64,000 bases of DNA, from positions 5,481 to 69,480 of the forward strand of contig CAMDDR010000001.1 of the NCBI GenBank assembly GCA_945892995.1, given 5' to 3'. Below, one piece after another: positions 21,017 to 31,678 of the stretch (position 1 is the first letter of the stretch; every line of letters starts with the position of its first letter). Position numbers and translations under genes: made by a program. Source of the stretch: Chitinophaga pinensis (GTDB taxonomy: Bacteria; Bacteroidota; Bacteroidia; Flavobacteriales_D; Crocinitomicaceae). The notes below the pieces were generated by a model. The model searched no databases and had not been told where the DNA came from. It worked only from the letters and a program-made list of their open reading frames with translations.

Positions 21017-21295
21017 ATGAGTCGTTCACTAAAAAAACCGCCTTTTGTTCATTATAAATTGATGAAAAGAGTTGATGATGCACAAGTTGCGAAGAGTAAA
21101 GCTGTAATTAAAACATGGTCGCGCGCATCTACTATTACGCCTGAGTTTGTAGGCTTAACATTTGCTGTACATAATGGAAATAAATTTATTCCTGTTTTTG
21201 CAACTGAAAATATGGTTGGTCACAAACTTGGTGAATTCTCTCCAACGAGAAACTTCCGAGGACATGGAGGAAACAAAAAAGATAAAAAACGATAG
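21017..21295 (+). CDS. rpsS: 30S ribosomal protein S19
   Basis: 92 aa, [11 protein letters not shown] start. Confidence 0.98.
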   Translation: MSRSLKKPPFVHYKLMKRVDDAQVAKSKAVIKTWSRASTITPEFVGLTFAVHNGNKFIPVFATENMVGHKLGEFSPTRNFRGHGGNKKDKKR

Positions 21296-21308
21296 AAATT
21301 AGATACTC

Positions 21309-21704
21309 ATGGGAGCAAGAAAAAGGCTAAGAGCTGAAAGTATTAAGGAAAATAAAAAATCAATTGCGTTTGCAAAGTTGAATAATTCAAATATTTCACC
21401 ACGTAAAATGAGATTGGTTGCAGATTTAATTAGAGGAATGGAAGTGAATAAAGCTTTAAATATTCTTCATTTTAATGGAAAAATTGCTTCGGTTAGCTTA
21501 GGTAAGTTGTTACGTTCTGCAATCTCTAATTGGGAGCAGAAAAATGAAGGAGCAGATATAACACAAGAAAATTTAGTTGTTCGGTCTATCGAAGTTGGTG
21601 GTGGAGCAATGTTAAAGAGAATACAACCTGCACCTCAAGGTAGAGCGCACAGAATTAGAAAAAGATCAAACCATGTTACCATCGTAGTTGATGGAACTAA
21701 ATAA
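21309..21704 (+). CDS. rplV: 50S ribosomal protein L22
   Basis: 131 aa, [15 protein letters not shown] motif. Confidence 0.97.
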   Translation: MGARKRLRAESIKENKKSIAFAKLNNSNISPRKMRLVADLIRGMEVNKALNILHFNGKIASVSLGKLLRSAISNWEQKNEGADITQENLVVRSIEVGGGAMLKRIQPAPQGRAHRIRKRSNHVTIVVDGTK

Positions 21705-21714
21705 GTAGTAAGAA

Positions 21715-22449
21715 ATGGGACAAAAAACAAATCCAATAGGAAATAGATTAGGCTACATTCACGGATGGGAATCTAATTGGTATGGTGGAAATGATTACAA
21801 AGACAAAATTGTTGAGGATGATCAAATTCGTAAGTACTTAAATGCTCGTTTAACTAAAGCAAGTATTTCCAAAATAATTATTGAAAGAACTTTAAAACTA
21901 GTTACTGTTACTATCAATACAGCACGACCAGGAGTTATAATTGGAAAAGGTGGTCAAGAAGTTGATAAACTTAAAGAAGAATTAAAAAAATTAACGAAGA
22001 AAGAAATTCAAATTAATATTTTCGAAGTTAAACGTCCGGAACTTGATTCTCGTTTAGTAGCAGATGGTGTTGCAAGACAACTTGAAGCTCGTATTTCATT
22101 TCGAAGAGCAATTAAAATGGCAATTGCAAGTACAATGAGAATGGGAGCTGAAGGAATAAAAATAAAAATATCTGGCCGACTAAACGGCGCTGAAATGGCA
22201 CGTTCAGAAATGTACAAGGATGGAAGAACTCCACTTCATACATTTAGAGCTGATATTGACTATGCTTTAGCAGAAGCACATACAACGTATGGCCGACTTG
22301 GGATCAAAGTTTGGATTTGTAGAGGTGAAGTTTACGGAAAAAGAGATTTGTCTCCAAACGTAGGAGTTTCAACTGCTGCAAATAATAACAATAGCAATTT
22401 TGCGAATGATCGAAAGCCTAATGCAGGTAAGAGAAGAGAGAGAAAATAA
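21715..22449 (+). CDS. rpsC: 30S ribosomal protein S3
   Basis: 244 aa, [13 protein letters not shown] start, KH domain. Confidence 0.98.
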   Translation: MGQKTNPIGNRLGYIHGWESNWYGGNDYKDKIVEDDQIRKYLNARLTKASISKIIIERTLKLVTVTINTARPGVIIGKGGQEVDKLKEELKKLTKKEIQINIFEVKRPELDSRLVADGVARQLEARISFRRAIKMAIASTMRMGAEGIKIKISGRLNGAEMARSEMYKDGRTPLHTFRADIDYALAEAHTTYGRLGIKVWICRGEVYGKRDLSPNVGVSTAANNNNSNFANDRKPNAGKRRERK

Positions 22450-22475
22450 ATTAAGAAAGATATAAATTAAGAGTA

Positions 22476-22901
22476 ATGTTACAACCTAAAAGAACAAAAT
22501 TTAGAAGAGTACAGAAAGGAAGGAGCCGTGGATTATCACACAGAGGTTCAACAATTTCTTTTGGTTCATTCGCTCTTAAGTGTTTGGAGCCTGGATGGAT
22601 TACTTCACGACAAATTGAAGCATCACGTATCGCAGTTACAAGACACATGAAACGTGAAGGAAAAGTGTGGATTCGAATTTTTCCAGACAAACCAGTTACA
22701 TCTAAGCCGGCTGAAGTACGAATGGGAAAAGGTAAAGGAGCTCCAAGTCATTGGGTTGCTGTTATCAAACCTGGACGTATCATGTTTGAAGCTGATGGAG
22801 TTTCTTACGAGGTTGCTAAGGAAGCATTGCGATTAGCAGCACAAAAATTACCAGTTAAATGCAAATTCGTTGTTCGCAACGATTATGTTATACCAGTTTA
22901 A
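22476..22901 (+). CDS. rplP: 50S ribosomal protein L16
   Basis: 141 aa, [16 protein letters not shown] start. Confidence 0.98.
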   Translation: MLQPKRTKFRRVQKGRSRGLSHRGSTISFGSFALKCLEPGWITSRQIEASRIAVTRHMKREGKVWIRIFPDKPVTSKPAEVRMGKGKGAPSHWVAVIKPGRIMFEADGVSYEVAKEALRLAAQKLPVKCKFVVRNDYVIPV

Positions 22902-22910
22902 AAAAGAAAA

Positions 22911-23105
22911 ATGAAACAAGTAGAGATTTTAAAGCTAACAAACGAAGATTTAAATAGTCGCTTAAGTGATTTTCAAAATCAGTACGTAAACTTAAAATTA
23001 ACGCATAAAATGGCTCCAATTGAGAATCCATTGAGAATAACAAGTATGCGTAAAGTTATAGCTAGACTAAATACAGAATTAACAAAACGTTCGAATCAAG
23101 CTTAA
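22911..23105 (+). CDS. rpmC: 50S ribosomal protein L29
   Basis: 64 aa, operon position after L16. Confidence 0.95.
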   Translation: MKQVEILKLTNEDLNSRLSDFQNQYVNLKLTHKMAPIENPLRITSMRKVIARLNTELTKRSNQA

Positions 23106-23126
23106 TGCTTGAAAAAATAAGCCTAA

Positions 23127-23384
23127 ATGGAAACACGTAATTTAAGAAAAGAAAAAGTTGGGATCGTAATGAGTGACAAAATGGAAAGATCCATTGTTGT
23201 TTCTGTTGAGCGAAAAGTAAAACACCCGAAATATGGGAAATTCGTAAAGAAAACTACCAAGTTTATTGCTCATGATGAGAAAAATGATTGTAACATTGGT
23301 GACACTGTTAAAATCATGGAAACACGTCCCTTGAGTAAAACTAAGAATTGGAGATTAGTAGAAATTGTCGAAAGAGCTAAATAA
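23127..23384 (+). CDS. rpsQ: 30S ribosomal protein S17
   Basis: 85 aa, [20 protein letters not shown] motif. Confidence 0.97.
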   Translation: METRNLRKEKVGIVMSDKMERSIVVSVERKVKHPKYGKFVKKTTKFIAHDEKNDCNIGDTVKIMETRPLSKTKNWRLVEIVERAK

Positions 23385-23393
23385 AAAGGAGAA

Positions 23394-23762
23394 ATGATAC
23401 AAACAGAATCCAGACTATCAGTCGCAGACAATTCAGGTGCCAAAGAAGTATTGTGTATCCGCGTATTAGGCGGAACAAGACGACGATATGCTTCAGTTGG
23501 TGACAAGATTGTGGTTACAGTAAAAAGTGCTATGCCTAATGGTGGAGTAAAAAAAGGTACAGTAGCAAAAGCTGTTGTTGTTCGCACTAGAAAAGAAGTT
23601 CGTAGAGCGGATGGTTCTTATATCCGTTTTGATGATAACGCATGTGTTATCCTTAATCAGACTGGCGAAATGAGAGGAACGCGTATTTTTGGACCTGTAG
23701 CCAGAGAATTAAGAGAAAATAACTACATGAAAATTGTTTCATTAGCACCTGAGGTGTTATAA
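23394..23762 (+). CDS. rplN: 50S ribosomal protein L14
   Basis: 122 aa, [17 protein letters not shown] start. Confidence 0.98.
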   Translation: MIQTESRLSVADNSGAKEVLCIRVLGGTRRRYASVGDKIVVTVKSAMPNGGVKKGTVAKAVVVRTRKEVRRADGSYIRFDDNACVILNQTGEMRGTRIFGPVARELRENNYMKIVSLAPEVL

Positions 23763-23772
23763 TTAAATAGAG

Positions 23773-24093
23773 ATGCAGAAGAAGTTACATGTTAAAATTG
23801 GTGATACTGTTCGAATAATGAGCGGCGAATCAAAAGGTCAAGAAGGAAAAATACTTTCTATTGACCGTAACAAAATGAGAGCAATTGTTTCTGGTGCAAA
23901 TATGATCAAGCGCCATACGAAGCCAAGTGCAGCAAATCCACAAGGTGGAATTGAAGATAAAGAAGGTACAATTCATTTATCAAACCTTATGGTTTTAGTA
24001 AATGGTGTTCCTACCCGCACTGGCAGAAAAGAAAATGATAAAGGTAAATTAGTACGTTATGCAAAAAAATCAGGGGAGGTGATTAAATCATGA
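23773..24093 (+). CDS. rplX: 50S ribosomal protein L24
   Basis: 106 aa, KOW motif [20 protein letters not shown]. Confidence 0.97.
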   Translation: MQKKLHVKIGDTVRIMSGESKGQEGKILSIDRNKMRAIVSGANMIKRHTKPSAANPQGGIEDKEGTIHLSNLMVLVNGVPTRTGRKENDKGKLVRYAKKSGEVIKS

Positions 24094-24641
24094 GTTACAA
24101 GCCAAGATTAAAAGAAAGATACAAGGGAGAAATTATTCAGGCCTTGAGAGATCAATTTGGATACAAATCTGTGATGCAAGTTCCGAGGTTACAGAAAATT
24201 GTTTTGAGCCAAGGTATTGGTGATGCAGTTGCTGATAAGAAAATTATTGAAAATGCAGCAGCAGATTTATCTCGTATTGCTGGTCAAAAAGCAATAACTA
24301 CTTTATCCAAAAAAGATATTTCAAATTTCAAATTAAGAAAAGGAATGCCGATTGGAACAAAAGTAACTTTAAGAGGGGATCGAATGTATGATTTTCTAGA
24401 TCGATTACTTGCTGTTGCTCTTCCAAGAACTCGTGACTTCAGAGGAATCAACCCAAAAGGATTTGATGGTAGAGGTAACTTCAATTTAGGAGTTAAAGAG
24501 CACATTATCTTTCCTGAAATAGACATAGATAAAGTAAATCGAATATTAGGAATGGATATAAGCTTTGTAACTTCAGCTGAAAGTGATGAAGAAGCAAAAG
24601 CACTGTTAGATGCATTCGGTTTTCCATTTATAAAAAAATAG
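24090..24641 (+). CDS. rplE: 50S ribosomal protein L5
   Basis: 183 aa, ATGA overlap with rpl[19 protein letters not shown] motif. Confidence 0.97.
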   Translation: MSYKPRLKERYKGEIIQALRDQFGYKSVMQVPRLQKIVLSQGIGDAVADKKIIENAAADLSRIAGQKAITTLSKKDISNFKLRKGMPIGTKVTLRGDRMYDFLDRLLAVALPRTRDFRGINPKGFDGRGNFNLGVKEHIIFPEIDIDKVNRILGMDISFVTSAESDEEAKALLDAFGFPFIKK

Positions 24642-24648
24642 ATAAAAA

Positions 24649-24963
24649 ATGGCTAAAGAATCAATGAAAGCGCGAGAGCGCAAAAGAGAAAGATTAGTAG
24701 AACGCTTTGCTAAAAAAAGAGAAGCGCTGACTAAAATACTTAAATCCACAGATAACTCTGAAGAAATTCAGACAGCTAAATGGGATGCAATGATGAGTTT
24801 ACAGAAACTTCCTGCAAATTCTTCGAAAGTAAGAAAACATAACAGATGTGGACTTACAGGTCGACCTCGTGGATACATGAGACAATTTGGAATTTCAAGA
24901 GTAACGTTTAGAGAGATGGCACTTGCTGGAAAAATCCCAGGAGTGAAAAAAGGTAGTTGGTAA
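24649..24963 (+). CDS. rpsN: 30S ribosomal protein S14 (long, non-zinc form)
   Basis: 104 aa, C-terminal [13 protein letters not shown]...[17 protein letters not shown]-type sequence, no CxxC pairs. Confidence 0.97.
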   Translation: MAKESMKARERKRERLVERFAKKREALTKILKSTDNSEEIQTAKWDAMMSLQKLPANSSKVRKHNRCGLTGRPRGYMRQFGISRVTFREMALAGKIPGVKKGSW

Positions 24964-24981
24964 TATTGAAACAGTAATAAA

Positions 24982-25380
24982 ATGAACACAGATCCAATAG
25001 CAGATTTTTTAACCCGAATCAGAAATGCAAGCGCAGCTGGTTTGAAGATGGTAGAGATACCTGGTTCAAATATTAAAAGAGCAATGACTCAGATTTTATT
25101 TGATCAAGGATTTATTCTTAACTATAAATTTGAAGAAGATAATAAACAAGGTACGATTAAAGTTGCACTAAAATACAACCAATCTACCCGAGTGCCTGCA
25201 ATAACTAAATTGCAAAGAGCATCTCGCCCAGGTTTAAGAAAATACAGTGCCTCCGATGAAATGCCTCGTGTATTAAATGGACTTGGTATTGCAATTGTTT
25301 CAACTTCAAAAGGTGTTATTACAAATAAAGAAGCTCGTAAACAAAATATTGGTGGCGAAGTACTTTGCTACATTTATTAA
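24982..25380 (+). CDS. rpsH: 30S ribosomal protein S8
   Basis: 132 aa, DPIADFLTRIRNA start. Confidence 0.98.
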   Translation: MNTDPIADFLTRIRNASAAGLKMVEIPGSNIKRAMTQILFDQGFILNYKFEEDNKQGTIKVALKYNQSTRVPAITKLQRASRPGLRKYSASDEMPRVLNGLGIAIVSTSKGVITNKEARKQNIGGEVLCYIY

Positions 25381-25392
25381 AATAAGAAAGAA

Positions 25393-25947
25393 ATGTCAAG
25401 AATAGGTAAAGCTCCGATAACAATTCCAAATGGCGTAGAAGTTACGATCAATGGGACATCTGTTACGGTAAAAGGTAAAAAAGGTGAACTAAATCAAGAA
25501 ATTGATGAATGTGTAACAATGACTATTGATGAAAACACAATAACTTTTGTTAGAAAAACAGATTCACCAAATGATCGTTCTAAACATGGACTATATAGAT
25601 CGCTTGTTCAGAATATGATTACAGGTGTTTCTGAAGGTTTCAAGAAAGAAATGGAAGTAATAGGTGTTGGATTTCGTGCAACAGCAGTTGGTCAACAATT
25701 AGAATTAGCACTTGGTTTTTCTCATGCTATTATTCTATCAGTTCCTTCTGATGTTAAAATAGAAACTATAACTGAAAAAGGAAAGGCACCACTTGTAACA
25801 ATTCAATCACATGATAAACAATTACTAGGTCAGGTGGCTGCGAAAATTCGCTCATTGAGAAAACCAGAACCATACAAAGGAAAAGGAATTCGATTCTTAG
25901 GTGAAGAAATTAGAAGAAAAGCTGGAAAATCAGCAAGTAAAAAATAA
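25393..25947 (+). CDS. rplF: 50S ribosomal protein L6
   Basis: 184 aa, MSRIGKAPITIP start. Confidence 0.98.
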   Translation: MSRIGKAPITIPNGVEVTINGTSVTVKGKKGELNQEIDECVTMTIDENTITFVRKTDSPNDRSKHGLYRSLVQNMITGVSEGFKKEMEVIGVGFRATAVGQQLELALGFSHAIILSVPSDVKIETITEKGKAPLVTIQSHDKQLLGQVAAKIRSLRKPEPYKGKGIRFLGEEIRRKAGKSASKK

Positions 25948-25961
25948 TTATTAAGTAGATT

Positions 25962-26315
25962 ATGGCACTAAATAAAGTATTAAGAAGAGCTAAAATAAAG
26001 CGAAGAATTCGAAAGAAAGTAACGGGTACTTCCTTAATTCCAAGATTGTCTGTTTACAGAAGCAATAAGCAAATTTATGCGCAATTGATTGATGATGCAA
26101 CAGGTAAAACATTGGCTTCAGCAGGTTCTTTCAAGCAAAAAGAAGCGCAAAACGTAAACAAAATTACGCAAGCGACAATGATTGGTAAAGAAATTGCTGA
26201 AAAAGCACAGGGAGTAGGTATCAAAACAATAGTTTTTGATCGTAACGGTTACTTATACCATGGAAGAGTAAAATCTTTGGCTGATTCAGCACGTGAAGGA
26301 GGACTTAAATTTTAA
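25962..26315 (+). CDS. rplR: 50S ribosomal protein L18
   Basis: 117 aa, [19 protein letters not shown] motif. Confidence 0.97.
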   Translation: MALNKVLRRAKIKRRIRKKVTGTSLIPRLSVYRSNKQIYAQLIDDATGKTLASAGSFKQKEAQNVNKITQATMIGKEIAEKAQGVGIKTIVFDRNGYLYHGRVKSLADSAREGGLKF

Positions 26316-26319
26316 GAAA

Positions 26320-26838
26320 ATGGCAGAACAAGCAATGAACAGAGTGAAAGCAGTAGACATTGAGTTAAAAGATAAACTCGTTTCTGTAAATAGGGTTACT
26401 AAAGTTACTAAAGGAGGAAGAACATTTAGTTTTTCAGCAATTATAGTTGTTGGAGACGAAAATGGAATTGTAGGACACGGACTAGGTAAAGCAAAAGAAA
26501 TAACTGAAGCAATCGCAAAAGGAATTGATGATGCTAAGAAAAATCTTATTAAGGTTCCAATACTTAGAGGTACAGTTCCTCATACTCAAAAAGGGAAGTT
26601 TGGAGGTGCTCAAGTATTATTGAAGCCAGCGACTCCAGGTACTGGTGTTATTGCAGGTGGTGCAATGCGCGCAGTATTAGAAAGTGTTGGTGTACATAAT
26701 GTATTGGCAAAATCGCAAGGTTCTTCTAATCCTCACAATGTAGTTAAAGCAACAATTGATGCTCTTTCCAAAATGCGAGATGCTATTGCAGTTGCTAAAC
26801 AAAGAGGTATTTCAATGGATAAAGTATTCAACGGTTAA
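26320..26838 (+). CDS. rpsE: 30S ribosomal protein S5
   Basis: ORF-track start 26293 is a GTG inside rplR; the ATG at 26320 lies just after the rplR stop and gives 172 aa with [12 protein letters not shown] motif. Confidence 0.95.
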   Translation: MAEQAMNRVKAVDIELKDKLVSVNRVTKVTKGGRTFSFSAIIVVGDENGIVGHGLGKAKEITEAIAKGIDDAKKNLIKVPILRGTVPHTQKGKFGGAQVLLKPATPGTGVIAGGAMRAVLESVGVHNVLAKSQGSSNPHNVVKATIDALSKMRDAIAVAKQRGISMDKVFNG

Positions 26839-26848
26839 AATAAATAGA

Positions 26849-27025
26849 ATGGAAACCATAAAAATAAAACAAGTACGTAGCGCTATAAAAAGACCGGCTG
26901 ATCAGAAAGCAACAATAAAGGCTTTGGGATTCAGACGCTTAAATCATGTCGTTGAAAAAGAGGTTACTCCTCAAATACTTGGAATGATTAATAAGGTGAA
27001 GCACCTAATAATAGTAGTAGACTAA
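26849..27025 (+). CDS. rpmD: 50S ribosomal protein L30
   Basis: 58 aa from the ATG at 26849 (METIKIKQVRSAI...); the ORF-track upstream extension overlaps rpsE and is rejected. Confidence 0.94.
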   Translation: METIKIKQVRSAIKRPADQKATIKALGFRRLNHVVEKEVTPQILGMINKVKHLIIVVD

Positions 27026-27044
27026 AAATTCAAATAACAATAAA

Positions 27045-27491
27045 ATGGATTTACATAATCTTACACCTGCACAAGGTTCAGTAAAAAAAGAAAAAAGAAT
27101 TGCTCGAGGACAAGGATCTGGCCACGGTGGTACTTCAACTAGAGGTCACAAAGGAGCTAAATCGCGTTCTGGATATTCAACTAAAATTGGTTTTGAAGGT
27201 GGACAAATGCCATTACAACGCCGTGTTCCTAAATTTGGCTTCAAAAATATCAATAGAGTTGAATACAAAGCTATTAATCTTGATATTATAGAATATTTAG
27301 CTACAACTAAAGGAATAACAGAAATTACAATTGAAACGTTTCGTTCTAATGGTCTATTATCTAACAATCAACTTGTTAAGGTATTAGGAAGAGGGACACT
27401 AAATTCTAAAGTAACAATTAGCGCACATGGGTTTTCTGCAGCTGCAATAACTGCAATCGAAGCTCAAGGTGGTATATGTTCAAAAATCTAA
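27045..27491 (+). CDS. rplO: 50S ribosomal protein L15
   Basis: 148 aa, GRGQGSGHGGTSTRGHKG motif. Confidence 0.97.
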   Translation: MDLHNLTPAQGSVKKEKRIARGQGSGHGGTSTRGHKGAKSRSGYSTKIGFEGGQMPLQRRVPKFGFKNINRVEYKAINLDIIEYLATTKGITEITIETFRSNGLLSNNQLVKVLGRGTLNSKVTISAHGFSAAAITAIEAQGGICSKI

Positions 27492-27492
27492 C

Positions 27493-27500
27493 TACCTTTG
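27493..27500 (+). promoter_or_regulatory. candidate internal -7 promoter box (TACCTTTG, extended CTTTGCACCCC) upstream of secY
   Basis: Matches TAnnTTTG in the 20-nt rplO-secY spacer, 11 nt before the secY ATG; shares an 11-nt core with the rpsL promoter. Confidence 0.4.
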
Positions 27501-27511
27501 CACCCCACTAA

Positions 27512-28849
27512 ATGAAAAGACTAATACAAAACATACGGAATATTTGGAAAGTAGAAGAATTACGAAAAAGAATTCTTCTTACTTTAGGATTGATTCTTGC
27601 CTACAGAATTGGTTCTTTTATTATTATTCCAGGTGTTAATTATGCTGCTTTAACTACAAAAGCAAGCGATCAGAATGCACTAGAAACTTTATTGTCATTG
27701 TTTTCTGGTGGTGGATTTACAAATGCATCAATTATGGCGCTTGGAATCATGCCATACATTAGTGCATCTATTATCATGCAACTTCTTTCAATGGCTGTTC
27801 CAGCAGTTCAAAAAATGCAAAATGAAGGTGAATCAGGAAGGAAGCAGATTAATAATTATACAAGGATACTAACGATAATTATTTGTGCCTTACAAGCCCC
27901 TAGCTATTTATCGCTTTATGTTGCACAAAAAGGAGCAATGCCAGTGGATGCAGATACTTTTTGGTGGACACAGACAATTTTGATACTAGTTGCCGGGTCA
28001 ATGTTTGCAGTTTGGTTAGGTGAGCGGATTACAGAAAAAGGAATTGGAAATGGTATTTCATTGCTAATTACAGTTGGAATCTTGTCACGCCTTCCTGGAG
28101 CATTTTTTGCTGAATTTGGAAAATCAATGGAAGCTGGAAACCTAATAAAATTAGTTATTGAAGTTGTAGCATTTATGTTAGTTGTTTTAGTTACCATACT
28201 AATCGTTCAAGGAGTTAGAAGAATTCCTTTAAACACAGCAAAAAGAATTGTTGGAAATAAAAGTGTGGACGACAAAAGCGCTAGAAGTTATTTGCCAATT
28301 AAAGTTAATGCAAGTGGTGTGATGCCAATTATATTTGCTCAGGCAATAATGACAATTCCTGTAATGATTTTTGCTAGTTCTTCTGATCAGAGTGGTTTCT
28401 TGCAAAGAACCTTAGGCGATGTATACGGATTGAGCTACAATATATTATTGTGTTTATTAATTATAGTATTCACCTATTTTTATACTGCCATTATGATTAA
28501 TCCAAGTAAAATTGCTGATGACTTGAAAAAAAGTGGTGGATTTATTCCCGGAGTTCGCCCCGGAGAAGAAACTGCTGAACATGTAGATACTGTTGTTTCA
28601 AGAATTACGTTCCCCGGTTCATTATTTCTTGCACTAATTGCTGTACTACCTGCAATTGCAAAATTAGCTGGAATCAATGATGGGTTTGCAATGTTTTTTG
28701 GAGGTACTTCTATATTAATTATGGTTGGTGTTGTTCTAGATACACTGCAGCAAATAGAAACATACCAATTAAATCGTCACATGGATAGCTTAATGGAAGG
28801 AACACGAGTGAGAGGAAGAAGAGAACCAAACGAATTATCCGGATTTTAA
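27512..28849 (+). CDS. secY: preprotein translocase subunit SecY
   Basis: 445 aa, 10-TM profile, GIMPYISASII motif. Confidence 0.97.
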   Translation: MKRLIQNIRNIWKVEELRKRILLTLGLILAYRIGSFIIIPGVNYAALTTKASDQNALETLLSLFSGGGFTNASIMALGIMPYISASIIMQLLSMAVPAVQKMQNEGESGRKQINNYTRILTIIICALQAPSYLSLYVAQKGAMPVDADTFWWTQTILILVAGSMFAVWLGERITEKGIGNGISLLITVGILSRLPGAFFAEFGKSMEAGNLIKLVIEVVAFMLVVLVTILIVQGVRRIPLNTAKRIVGNKSVDDKSARSYLPIKVNASGVMPIIFAQAIMTIPVMIFASSSDQSGFLQRTLGDVYGLSYNILLCLLIIVFTYFYTAIMINPSKIADDLKKSGGFIPGVRPGEETAEHVDTVVSRITFPGSLFLALIAVLPAIAKLAGINDGFAMFFGGTSILIMVGVVLDTLQQIETYQLNRHMDSLMEGTRVRGRREPNELSGF

Positions 28850-28852
28850 AAA

Positions 28853-29071
28853 ATGGCTAAACAGGCATCAATAGAACAAGATGGGGTTATACTAGAAGCT
28901 TTGCCAAATGCAATGTTTCGAGTAGAACTAGAAAACGGACATGTTCTAACTGCTCACATATCAGGTAAAATGAGAATGTTTTACATAAAAATATTACCAG
29001 GAGATCGAGTTAAATTAGAACTTTCTCCTTATGATTTAACAAAAGGAAGAATATCTTTTAGATATAAATAG
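28853..29071 (+). CDS. infA: translation initiation factor IF-1
   Basis: 72 aa, S1-like, [20 protein letters not shown] motif. Confidence 0.98.
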   Translation: MAKQASIEQDGVILEALPNAMFRVELENGHVLTAHISGKMRMFYIKILPGDRVKLELSPYDLTKGRISFRYK

Positions 29072-29086
29072 TTTAATAAGAAAGAA

Positions 29087-29203
29087 ATGAAAGTAAGAGC
29101 ATCAGTAAAAAAGAGATCAGTGGATTGCAAAATCGTTAAGCGTAAAGGAAGAGTTTACGTAATTAACAAAAAGAATCCAAAATTAAAACAACGTCAAGGT
29201 TAA
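29087..29203 (+). CDS. rpmJ: 50S ribosomal protein L36
   Basis: Not in the ORF track (38 aa). ATG at 29087 to TAA at 29201-29203 reads [38 protein letters not shown]; canonical position between infA and rpsM. Confidence 0.93.
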   Translation: MKVRASVKKRSVDCKIVKRKGRVYVINKKNPKLKQRQG

Positions 29204-29213
29204 TTAAAAAAAT

Positions 29214-29588
29214 ATGGCACGTATCGCAGGTATAGATTTACCAAAAAATAAAAGAGGAGTAATAGGTTTAACCTATATATTTGGGATTGGAAGAAGTACT
29301 TCTAAAAAAATCCTTAATACAAATGGTATTGATGAAAGTATTAAAGTTCAAGAATGGAACGATGATCAATTATCAGCAATCAGAAACTCTGTTAATGAAT
29401 TTAAAACTGAAGGTCAACTTCGCTCTGAAGTTCAATTAAATATTAAAAGATTAATGGATATTGGCTGTACAAGAGGAATTCGCCATAGATCTGGACTTCC
29501 ATTAAGAGGTCAACGAACAAAAAATAACTCACGCACAAGAAAAGGTAGGAGAAAAACAGTTGCTAACAAGAAAAAAGCAACTAAATAA
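29214..29588 (+). CDS. rpsM: 30S ribosomal protein S13
   Basis: 124 aa, [10 protein letters not shown] start. Confidence 0.98.
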   Translation: MARIAGIDLPKNKRGVIGLTYIFGIGRSTSKKILNTNGIDESIKVQEWNDDQLSAIRNSVNEFKTEGQLRSEVQLNIKRLMDIGCTRGIRHRSGLPLRGQRTKNNSRTRKGRRKTVANKKKATK

Positions 29589-29599
29589 TAAATAGTATT

Positions 29600-29986
29600 A
29601 TGGCAAAAGCAAATCAAAAAAAGAAAAAAAACGTAAAGATTGATGCTGCTGGTGAAGCGCACATTCAAGCGAGTTTTAACAACATCATTATTTCACTTAC
29701 AAATAATAGTGGTCAAGTTATTTCGTGGTCTTCAGCTGGAAAAATGGGGTTTAAAGGTTCTAAAAAGAATACACCTTATGCAGCTCAAATAGCTGCTGAA
29801 GATGCAGCAAAAGAAGCACATGATTTTGGACTTAGAAGGGTAAAAGTTTATGTAAAAGGACCAGGAGCTGGAAGAGAATCTGCTATACGTTCATTGAATA
29901 ATACGGGAATTGAAGTAACAGAAATAATAGATGTTACACCGCTTCCACACAACGGATGTCGCCCACCAAAAAGAAGAAGAGTTTAA
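29600..29986 (+). CDS. rpsK: 30S ribosomal protein S11
   Basis: 128 aa, [14 protein letters not shown]-terminus. Confidence 0.98.
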   Translation: MAKANQKKKKNVKIDAAGEAHIQASFNNIIISLTNNSGQVISWSSAGKMGFKGSKKNTPYAAQIAAEDAAKEAHDFGLRRVKVYVKGPGAGRESAIRSLNNTGIEVTEIIDVTPLPHNGCRPPKRRRV

Positions 29987-30056
29987 CAATAATAACCAAG
30001 GGATAAAATCATCGAAGGAATGCCTTAATTCATGATTCCCGACTAAAAACAAAAAT

Positions 30057-30665
30057 ATGGCAAGATATACAGGTCCAAAGACCAAAATTGCTCGAAGATT
30101 TCGAGATCCTATCTTTGGTGCAGACAAAGCACTTGATAGAAGAAACTATGGCCCAGGTCAACATGGTCCTTCCAAAAAAAGAGGAGGAAAACAATCAGAA
30201 TATGCAATTCAATTGGGTGAAAAGCAAAAAGCTAAGTATACTTATGGAATTTTAGAGCGTCAATTCTCTAATATGTTTGAAAAAGCTTCAGCCATGAAAG
30301 GTATTACTGGTGAAAACTTATTACAATTATGTGAAGCACGTGTAGACAATACCGTATTTCGTCTTGGAATAGCTCCAACTCGAAGTGGTGCTAGACAATT
30401 GGTTTCTCACCGTCACATTACAATAAATGGTGATGTAGTTAACATTCCTTCTTACACATTACGCCCTGGTGACGTAGTTGGAGTAAGGGAAAAATCAAAA
30501 TCCTTGGAAGCAATTGCAAATTCTTTGAGTTCAAATACTAAGAAATATGATTGGTTGGATTGGGACAATTCTGCTATGGCAGGAAAATTATTGAATTTAC
30601 CATCAAGGGAAATGATCCCAGAAAACATTAAGGAACAATTAATCGTCGAACTATACTCTAAATAA
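30057..30665 (+). CDS. rpsD: 30S ribosomal protein S4
   Basis: 202 aa, [15 protein letters not shown] start, S4 RNA-binding domain. Confidence 0.98.
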   Translation: MARYTGPKTKIARRFRDPIFGADKALDRRNYGPGQHGPSKKRGGKQSEYAIQLGEKQKAKYTYGILERQFSNMFEKASAMKGITGENLLQLCEARVDNTVFRLGIAPTRSGARQLVSHRHITINGDVVNIPSYTLRPGDVVGVREKSKSLEAIANSLSSNTKKYDWLDWDNSAMAGKLLNLPSREMIPENIKEQLIVELYSK

Positions 30666-30675
30666 ATACAACAAA

Positions 30676-31668
30676 ATGGCAATATTGGATTTTCAAAAAC
30701 CAGATAAGGTAATCATGATTAACTCCGATGAGTTCAACGGAGAATTTGAATTTCGTCCACTTGAACCTGGATACGGTATCACAGTTGGTAACTCTTTAAG
30801 AAGAATTTTACTTTCCTCACTAGAGGGATTTGCAATTGCTTCGATAAAAATACAAGGTGTAGATCACGAGTTCTCAACATTGAAAGGTGTTGTAGAAGAT
30901 GTAACTGAAATCGTATTAAATTTGAAACAAGTTCGTTTCAAAAGACAGATCGAAGGAACTGATTCAGAAACTGTATTTATAACTGTTGGTGGTCAAACTA
31001 AATTAACTGCTGGTGATATTGGAAAACATACTAGTGCATTCCAAGTTTTAAATCCAGAATTAGTGATTTGCAACATGGAATCATCAGTTAAGATAGAAAT
31101 TGAATTAACAATAGTTAAAGGTCGTGGTTATGTTCCTGCACAGGAGAATAAATCATCAAACGCTGCTTTTGGAACAATTTTTATCGATTCTATTTTTACA
31201 CCAATTGTAAATGTTCAGTATACAGTTGAAAACTTTCGAGTTGAGCAAAAAACTGATTACGAAAAATTAATTTTTAACATAAAAACTGACGGTTCTGTTC
31301 ATCCTAAAGAAGCGTTGAAAGATGCAGCAAAGATTCTTATTCATCACTTTATGTTGTTTTCTGATGAGCGTATTACGTTGGATAGCGAAATTAAAGCTGA
31401 AACTGAGGAATTTGACGAAACATCACTACACATGCGTCAATTGCTTAAGACAAAATTAGTAGATATGGATTTATCTGTTAGAGCTTTAAATTGCTTGAAA
31501 GCTGCTGATGTAGAAACATTAGGAGATCTTGTTTCAATAGCAAAATCTGATTTACTGAAGTTTAGAAATTTTGGAAAGAAATCTTTAACAGAATTGGAAG
31601 ACCTAGTTGACAACAAAAATTTGGTATTCGGAATGAATGTTGCAAAATATAAATTAGACAAAGATTAA
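30676..31668 (+). CDS. rpoA: DNA-directed RNA polymerase subunit alpha
   Basis: 330 aa, N-terminal dimerisation domain and C-terminal domain ([20 protein letters not shown]). Confidence 0.98.
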   Translation: MAILDFQKPDKVIMINSDEFNGEFEFRPLEPGYGITVGNSLRRILLSSLEGFAIASIKIQGVDHEFSTLKGVVEDVTEIVLNLKQVRFKRQIEGTDSETVFITVGGQTKLTAGDIGKHTSAFQVLNPELVICNMESSVKIEIELTIVKGRGYVPAQENKSSNAAFGTIFIDSIFTPIVNVQYTVENFRVEQKTDYEKLIFNIKTDGSVHPKEALKDAAKILIHHFMLFSDERITLDSEIKAETEEFDETSLHMRQLLKTKLVDMDLSVRALNCLKAADVETLGDLVSIAKSDLLKFRNFGKKSLTELEDLVDNKNLVFGMNVAKYKLDKD

Positions 31669-31678
31669 GATTTAAATC

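Noticed and set aside
23385-23393. AAGGAG immediately upstream of rplN, considered as a rare Shine-Dalgarno sequence.
   Set aside because: Only 2 nt separate GGAG from the ATG, which is too short for productive SD pairing. Other starts in the operon have A-rich, SD-less contexts.
26293-26319. Longer GTG-initiated form of rpsE, and the longer form of rpmD starting at 26756.
   Set aside because: Both extensions overlap the preceding ribosomal protein gene and add non-conserved residues. The canonical N-termini start at the ATGs at 26320 and 26849.
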